DNA from: Saccharolobus solfataricus
GTDB taxonomy: Archaea; Thermoproteota; Thermoprotei_A; Sulfolobales; Sulfolobaceae
NCBI RefSeq assembly: GCF_900079115.1
Contig: NZ_LT549890.1
Span: 1,470,001-1,502,000 of the forward strand
Direction: 5' to 3'
Length of the DNA stretch: 32,000 nt
Shown: positions 26,930 through 32,000 of the stretch, piece after piece
How the letters are laid out: each line of letters opens with the position of its first letter
How positions within the stretch are numbered: position 1 is the first letter of the stretch
Notes under the pieces: model-generated
Told to the model about the DNA's origin: nothing
What the model saw: only the letters and a program-made list of their open reading frames with translations
Database searches by the model: none
Translations under genes and position numbers: made by a program

Positions 26930-28073
26930 ATGGAAAGTGAGATTAAGACAAGGGGTTTCGCAATAGACGTTTCAAGGGACAAGTTGACGGTAGCGAAAGC
27001 TGAACTTGTAATAACGCAAGAGAAAAGGGAAGTAGAGGTCAACGAGGTGAGGGAATTCAAGTACGACAACGAGGGAATAGAAGAACTAATCAAATTCCTT
27101 GGCGAATATAAGGAAGGGATAATGGAGTCAACCGGACCGTACTTCTTCTACCTACACGAAGAACTAACAGAAAAGGGATATAAGGTAACATTAATAAATC
27201 CCTTACACTTGAAGGAAGTATTCGGAAAGAAGACCGACAAGCTAGACGCGCAAAGACTGGCAAAAGCCTTCATCCTGGGAGCAGTTAAGGGGTCATACAT
27301 ACCGACCGGGGAAATAAGGGAATTGAGGGAGTTAACGAGGTATAGGGAGAGTTTGATGAGGAAGATAACACAAGTAAAGAACGAGATAAGGAAGTTTCTA
27401 GAAATGGCGGGATACAAGATAGAGCCCTTTGATAAGAGGGGAATAGCGTTGCTGGAGAAGTTAAGTAGGGGAGAAGGGCTGAGCAAGGAGGAAAGGGACG
27501 AGTTGAAGGAGAAGTTAGGGAGAAGTTTGAATGATGCTGAGAAGCTAGCTTTGAAGCAGCTGGTAGACTTACTGAAGAGCTTGGAGGCTATGGTTAAGGA
27601 AGTTGAGGACATGATAATTTCTAAGATTCCTCAGCCTGTGGTCGAGTTGAGCCGGGAGTTGGTTTGATCAGTGCTGCAACCATTTACGCTGAGTTCGGTG
27701 ATGTTTCTCGTTTTTCCAGTTCTAAGGCTGCAAGGGCTTATGCTGGTTTTGCTCCCAGGACTAAGCAGAGTGGTGAGAGCGAGTCTCACTCTGGTATGGG
27801 TAATAAGTATTTGCGTAGGGCTTTTTTCTTGGTTGCTAGGGTTGCTAGGAAGTCTGAACGTTTTAAGGAGTATTACGATAGGCTTGTCTCCAAGTGGAAG
27901 AGTGCTACTAAACTTGTGCTCTTGGTGGGAAGCTTGCTTGTATTTGTTATCACGTTATAAAGGATGGTGTTTACAAGGGCGATGTTAAGAAGAGTTTTAG
28001 GGCACCTAGGGGGAAGGACGTTAACGTTCAAGATGTTGATGTGGGTGATGTGCTGGACTCGTTGTCCCAGTAG
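26930..28073 (+). pseudogene. IS110-family (DEDD) recombinase/transposase, copy 2; two frameshifts
   Basis: FAIDVSRDK, MESTGPYF, GKKTDKLDAQRLAKA. After a frameshift near 27655: PGVGLISAATIYAEFGDVSRF...GMGNKYLRRAF. After a second shift near 27900-27960: KDGVYKGD...SQ*. The stop at 28071-28073 abuts the outer right TIR. Confidence 0.85.
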
Positions 28074-28260
28074 GTTTGTTAGAGGCGGAGCATGTAGTGC
28101 CTATTAAGAAAAAGACTATATATAAAGGCTTAAATTTTTAACCTATAAGTGGAACATATTGTCTTTTATGATTGAGGGGCGGTTTAGGGTAAAATATTGA
28201 ATAAGCCAATTTAACATATAATAAGCTAAGCTTTATATTCCTATTTTCGCTCTCTGTAAT

Positions 28261-29130
28261 ATGAAAGTGGGTTTCATTGGCTTAGGAATAATGGGTTTCC
28301 CAATGGCAAGTAATCTACTAAAAGCTGGATACGATTTAACGGTTTATAATAGAACAATTGAAAAAGCGGAAAAATTAGGAAAAATGGGTGCAAAAGTTGC
28401 TCACTCACCAAAAGAAGTTGCTGAAGTCTCGGAAATTGTCATATCAATGGTAACCGACGCTCCAGATGTCGAGGAGGTGCTATTTGGAGAAAACGGAGTT
28501 GTGAAAAGTAATAAGAGGGGTTTAATTTTCGTTGATATGAGTACGAATTCACCGGAGTTTGCCAAGAAGGTAACTAAAAGGTTAAGCGAATATGGAATGG
28601 AATTCTTGGATGCTCCAGTTACTGGAGGGGATAAGGGGGCTAGAGAGGGAACATTAACCATAATGGTGGGAGGAAAGGAAGACGTATTCAAACGAGTCGA
28701 ACCCATATTTAAGGCAATGGGTAAGAATATAATTCACGTAGGAGATGTGGGATCTGGGCAGGCGTTAAAACTATGTAACCAGGTCGTTGTAGCATTAAAT
28801 ATGGTATCAGTAGTGGAGGGTCTATTGTTGGCTAGATCATTGGGGATAGATGATGATAAATTATTTTCTGTACTTTCTACCGGAGCAGCTAATTCATTTA
28901 CAGTACAGTATTATTTACCTAAGATAATGAAGGGCGATCTAAATCCTGGATTTAAGGCTGCACATTTAAAGAAGGATCTGAAATACGCAATGGAAATCGC
29001 TAACTCGAAATCACTTCCACTTCTAGGGACTTCCCTAGCGCTACAGTTATACAATGCAATGGTGTCCTTAGGAATTGGCGAATTGGGTACTCAAGGTTTA
29101 GTAAAGGTTTATGAAAAATTGGTTAAATGA
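28261..29130 (+). CDS. NAD(P)-dependent 3-hydroxyisobutyrate / 6-phosphogluconate-dehydrogenase-like oxidoreductase (HIBADH family)
   Basis: 289 aa. VGFIGLGIMGFPMASNLLKAGYDLTVYNRT Rossmann N-terminus, DAPVTGG, and the family-typical GxGQALKLCNQ segment. Confidence 0.85.
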   Translation: MKVGFIGLGIMGFPMASNLLKAGYDLTVYNRTIEKAEKLGKMGAKVAHSPKEVAEVSEIVISMVTDAPDVEEVLFGENGVVKSNKRGLIFVDMSTNSPEFAKKVTKRLSEYGMEFLDAPVTGGDKGAREGTLTIMVGGKEDVFKRVEPIFKAMGKNIIHVGDVGSGQALKLCNQVVVALNMVSVVEGLLLARSLGIDDDKLFSVLSTGAANSFTVQYYLPKIMKGDLNPGFKAAHLKKDLKYAMEIANSKSLPLLGTSLALQLYNAMVSLGIGELGTQGLVKVYEKLVK

Positions 29131-29132
29131 TG

Positions 29133-29352
29133 TTTTATTGATCTATTTTACACTAAACTGCTATTATCTTCCCTTCAACCAACGTTAGGGTGATTCAGGT
29201 CTCCTTTGTGAATTGTAATTTGTAAATATGTGTTTATAAAAAATGTTAATACTGGTAATCATGCATCTTTGCCAGTTAATCGTCTTTGTTTAGTTAATTT
29301 CGTAGAAATATTCGAAATAAAGTGAATTCACAATTGATAACTGAATTGCCCT
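29133..29352 (-). repeat. ~225-bp intergenic repeat, full-length copy 2 (inverted relative to copy 1)
   Basis: The reverse complement aligns with 3766-3992 along its whole length. Begins 3 nt after the HIBADH-like stop codon. Confidence 0.75.
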
Positions 29353-29449
29353 TTAATCTGAAGATAGTTACGGGATTAGAAAGTGAAAGGACTGACAGAA
29401 AAACTCATGTGAGAGGTTTTTGTGAGGGTTAGCAAGACGGATCTAGTAA

Positions 29450-29596
29450 CCCTCGCACATAAACCTTTTTCAGAGGCTGTTTTCATGTTCTAATACCTTA
29501 GCTACATCTCGATCGAGACGATTAATTGTGAAAATTTCTAGTCTGATTTAATTTTACTATATGATATCAAATGAGATGACTGCATGAGAACACTCC
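29450..29596 (+). repeat. 147-bp dispersed repeat, copy 2
   Basis: Aligns with 21742-21888. Preceded by inverted repeat tgtgagggtta (29421-29431) / taaccctcgcaca (29447-29459). Confidence 0.8.
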
Positions 29597-30056
29597 CGTC
29601 AAATTCCAATCATTTACTATAAGTTTGTACACAAAATTAAATGTAAAATAAAAATTTTAAAGTTTGACGCAAGATAATTAAGAGCGATAATTTTTGGGCA
29701 TTGAATTAGAGGACATAAGAGAAGCAATTGAGAGGGCTATCGTTAAAGAGTGAATAGCATTTATATTAGAAAATTATTGCACTTGATAATTTTTAATGAG
29801 CACTTTCCTTAAGATTCAGACTTATTTCAAGATGGACAATATGTACTAACAGTCTTACTATAAAAATATTATGATTTTAAACATAATTTTATTAAAAACT
29901 ATCTAATCCTAGGATTTTACGTAAAATGCTAAGTGAAACATTTGACTTTCCTGGAATCTCGCTTTTTCTGTCAATTCTTCCGGAAAAGTTGATAGCATAC
30001 TGTCAAAATTTATTTAAATCTTGACACTAACTATTGTTGTGTCATACATTTCACAG

Positions 30057-31404
30057 ATGAGCTTCCAAAACCCTTGGTGGGTTGATAAGAACAGGATACT
30101 TGAAGATGAACACGTGAAAAGGGCAAGGGTCATAGTACCACCAATCGATGAGAGTGCTTTGATATTAGGACCTAGGCAAGTGGGTAAAACTACTTACCTA
30201 AAGACTACCATAAAGACCTTGCTTGAGAGGGTAGACTCTAGGTCAATTCTCTTCTTCTCTTGTGATGCGTTTTCCAAGAAGGAGGAGTTAATAGGTTTAG
30301 TTAACGAGTACAGAACGTTAGTCAATAGGGAGGAAAGTGCGTACATATTTTTAGATGAAATAACTTCAGTGAGCGATTGGAATACAGCTTTGTTACACTT
30401 GTTCAATGCTGGTTACTTTAACAACTCATTGGTTTACGTCACTGGTTCTTCCTCTATAAATTTGAGGAAAGAGATGCTACCGGGGAGACCCATAAAGAAG
30501 TACGTGTTTTATCCCTTGAATTTTAGAGTTTATTTCGACAGTTTTTATAAAAAATTAATACAAGATCACGTGAAAGTTGACGAAAAGGATGAGCTTTACG
30601 AAAACGCTTTGAAGCTTTTACCATATATTTCAGAATTAAACAAGGCCTTATTGGAATACGTTAGGCGAGGGGGTTTCTTCGCGACTTCATTTTCCGAAAA
30701 CCCATTATCGCTTTACGAGACTTATAAGGACGCTATACTTTCAGAGTTTTTAAAAACTGAGAGAAAGGAGAGCGTGTTTAAGGTAATTATTAGGAAAATA
30801 ATTGAGAGCTATGGTAGTAGGATTTCTGAAAACACTAGTGCTTTCAGAAAGTTTATGGCTTATAGGCAAAGGATATACCACTAGATCATAGTCTAAGAAC
30901 TTTTCCAAAATACTAACTATTGCTAAAGACGTTAATGTTTCCCACACCACTGTTGGCGACTATTTAGACGTTTTGGAGAAGTTGTTCATTATAAGGACTT
31001 TTAGGAAGAGAGAGAAAGGGGGAAAGACTAATTATAGGAGTTTGAAGAAGGTGTATTTCATAGACCCCTTCTTCTTTAGGGTAATGAAGATTTATAGTGT
31101 TGGCAAAGACGTAGATGACAATGAGATACCTTTGATCATTGAGGGAATTGTTGGTGAGCATTTGGCAAGGGAATACAAAGAGGTTGGCTATTTACACTTC
31201 AAGAGCGGAAAGGAGGTTGACTTCTCTGTTGGTAATGTAAAAGTTGAGGTTAAGTGGAGAGAGAAAGAGAGGAAGAGATATAACAACGTTAACTACGTTT
31301 TAACTATTGATGAGTTTAAGAAAAGCGATGAGCAACTAACTTTGCCAGTCTCAATTTTCCTCTATTTAATCTCCTCTAACAAGACCTTTTATGAGTTAAC
31401 GTAA
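30057..31404 (+). pseudogene. AAA_14/DUF4143-type archaeal ATPase gene split by a MITE insertion
   Basis: N-half has NPWW, Walker A GPRQVGKTT, Walker B IFLDEITS. C-half, open from 30892 in a different frame, reads ...IAKDVNVSHTTVGDYLDVLEKLFIIR (wHTH) and DUF4143-like EVDF. The N-half ends in the MITE-encoded tail SAFRKFMAYRQRIYH. ATG 30057 is preferred over TTG 30021. Confidence 0.8.
30836..30916 (+). mobile_element. ~80-bp MITE, copy C, inside the ATPase gene
   Basis: Same sequence as 20582-20663. Flanked by ACTA on both sides (30834-30837 and 30916-30919). Confidence 0.8.
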
Positions 31405-31818
31405 TATCTTCGCAATACTTTCCTTTTTATCCAATTCTTTATGGCGTTCCATATAACGTGATACTGCTGTCCTAATGGCGTATGCTTCATTTCTGGAATT
31501 ATGTATAGCTTACAATCACCACCGTGGTTCTTTATCATTTCACAATTCTCTAATTAACTCTTTACTCTTCTCCCTCTCACTATTCTTGATGGAGTACGTC
31601 AAGTGCACGTTACTACTTCCAGTAAGTCTATAGTCTAGTATTATTTTATAAAATATTATTGAAAATAATTCCATTGTATTGGCCTTAATGAATACATAAA
31701 GCTTATCAACTTGATTAATTGATTCCTTGTTATCACTATTTATAAGAAACTTATTAATGAATTATAAAGTATAACAAATTTCTGGAAACAGTAGTGTTCT
31801 TCATCTGGTTCAAATTTT

Positions 31819-32000
31819 CTAATTCTTAAGTTCTTCAGCACATTTCTTCACCTTTTCGTATTCATGACTCCTCATTCCGTGTAGTTTCTCGCTGAACGAG
31901 ACTAGTACTGATATTAGGTCTTCAACTAGTTCTTCCTCTTTCTCCTCTTGGTTTAGTACTACTATTTCACAGCCATGTGCTTTACAAGTCTCCTCTAGGA
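31819..32000 (-). CDS. IS607-type serine recombinase (resolvase-like TnpA), C-terminal 59 codons; 5' part lies beyond the window end
   Basis: Hand translation of the minus strand: LEETCKAHGCEIVVLNQEEKEEELVEDLISVLVSFSEKLHGMRSHEYEKVKKCAEELKN*. The ELVEDLIS..SF..K.YGMRSH tail is characteristic of orfA of IS607/ISC19xx-type elements. Confidence 0.65.
   Translation of the reverse strand, partial: LEETCKAHGCEIVVLNQEEKEEELVEDLISVLVSFSEKLHGMRSHEYEKVKKCAEELKN

Larger units (their letters stand above)
25411..28119 (+). mobile_element. Nested IS composite: IS630-family element bounded by ~44-bp near-perfect TIRs, carrying an IS110-family insertion
   Basis: 28 nt TAGGCACTACATGCTCCGCCTCTAACAA at 25427-25454 with its exact reverse complement at 28076-28103. 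Similarity extends outwards (atagtctttttc) to 25411 and 28119. A second inverted pair CCGTAGGAGATGCGAAGG sits at 25487-25504 and 26624-26641. Confidence 0.75.

Noticed and set aside
25973-27988. ORFs 25973-26245, 25980-26222, 26275-26508, 26347-26820 (beyond its first ~55 codons), 26577-26798, 26782-27093, 27148-27612 and 27671-27988
   Set aside because: They are alternative frames or antisense frames of the IS630 and IS110 pseudogenes, or low-complexity readings of the IS110 non-coding arm.
28401-31161. Antisense ORFs 28401-28706, 30194-30406, 30750-30950 and 30964-31161
   Set aside because: They lie opposite the HIBADH-like gene and the split ATPase gene, with no motifs.
1-32000. Search for CRISPR arrays, tRNA, rRNA and large tandem arrays
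   Set aside because: I saw no regularly spaced direct repeats with unique spacers, no tRNA-like T-arm/acceptor patterns, and no rRNA-like segments. The only tandem repeat is the 2 x 19-bp unit at 19282-19318.

Overview
AT-rich crenarchaeal chromosome, Sulfolobus/Saccharolobus-like: ISC-type insertion sequences, GGTGA Shine-Dalgarno sites inside operons, TATA-like boxes close to start codons. The left half (1-16950) is ordinary accessory metabolism: a 2-oxoacid/acetoin-type dehydrogenase operon (E1alpha, E1beta, AcoX-like kinase-fold protein, E2), an FAD-linked oxidase, a luciferase-like monooxygenase, homogentisate dioxygenase, two MFS transporters, a Bat-type HTH regulator with an MBL-fold lactonase-like hydrolase, and an M20 / DmpA-like / SDR cluster. 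The right half (17000-32000) is a mobile-element graveyard. It holds a decayed ~1.13 kb IS with perfect 14-bp TIRs, a truncated DDE transposase, two frameshifted IS110-family recombinase genes, a frameshifted IS630-family element, an ~80-bp MITE in three copies (one splits an ATPase gene), two further intergenic repeat families, and the 3' end of an IS607-type serine recombinase gene. Between these scars lies the most interesting locus, a minus-strand operon at 22010-24397. It consists of an unlisted 49-aa ORF (too short for the ORF track), a radical-SAM enzyme with a CX3CX2C cluster and a partial SPASM/twitch signature (CX13GX4C), and an overlapping polytopic membrane protein. This is the architecture of a RiPP (radical-SAM-modified peptide) cassette. 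I found no rRNA, tRNA or CRISPR array. All family assignments come from motif recognition by eye; no database search was run.
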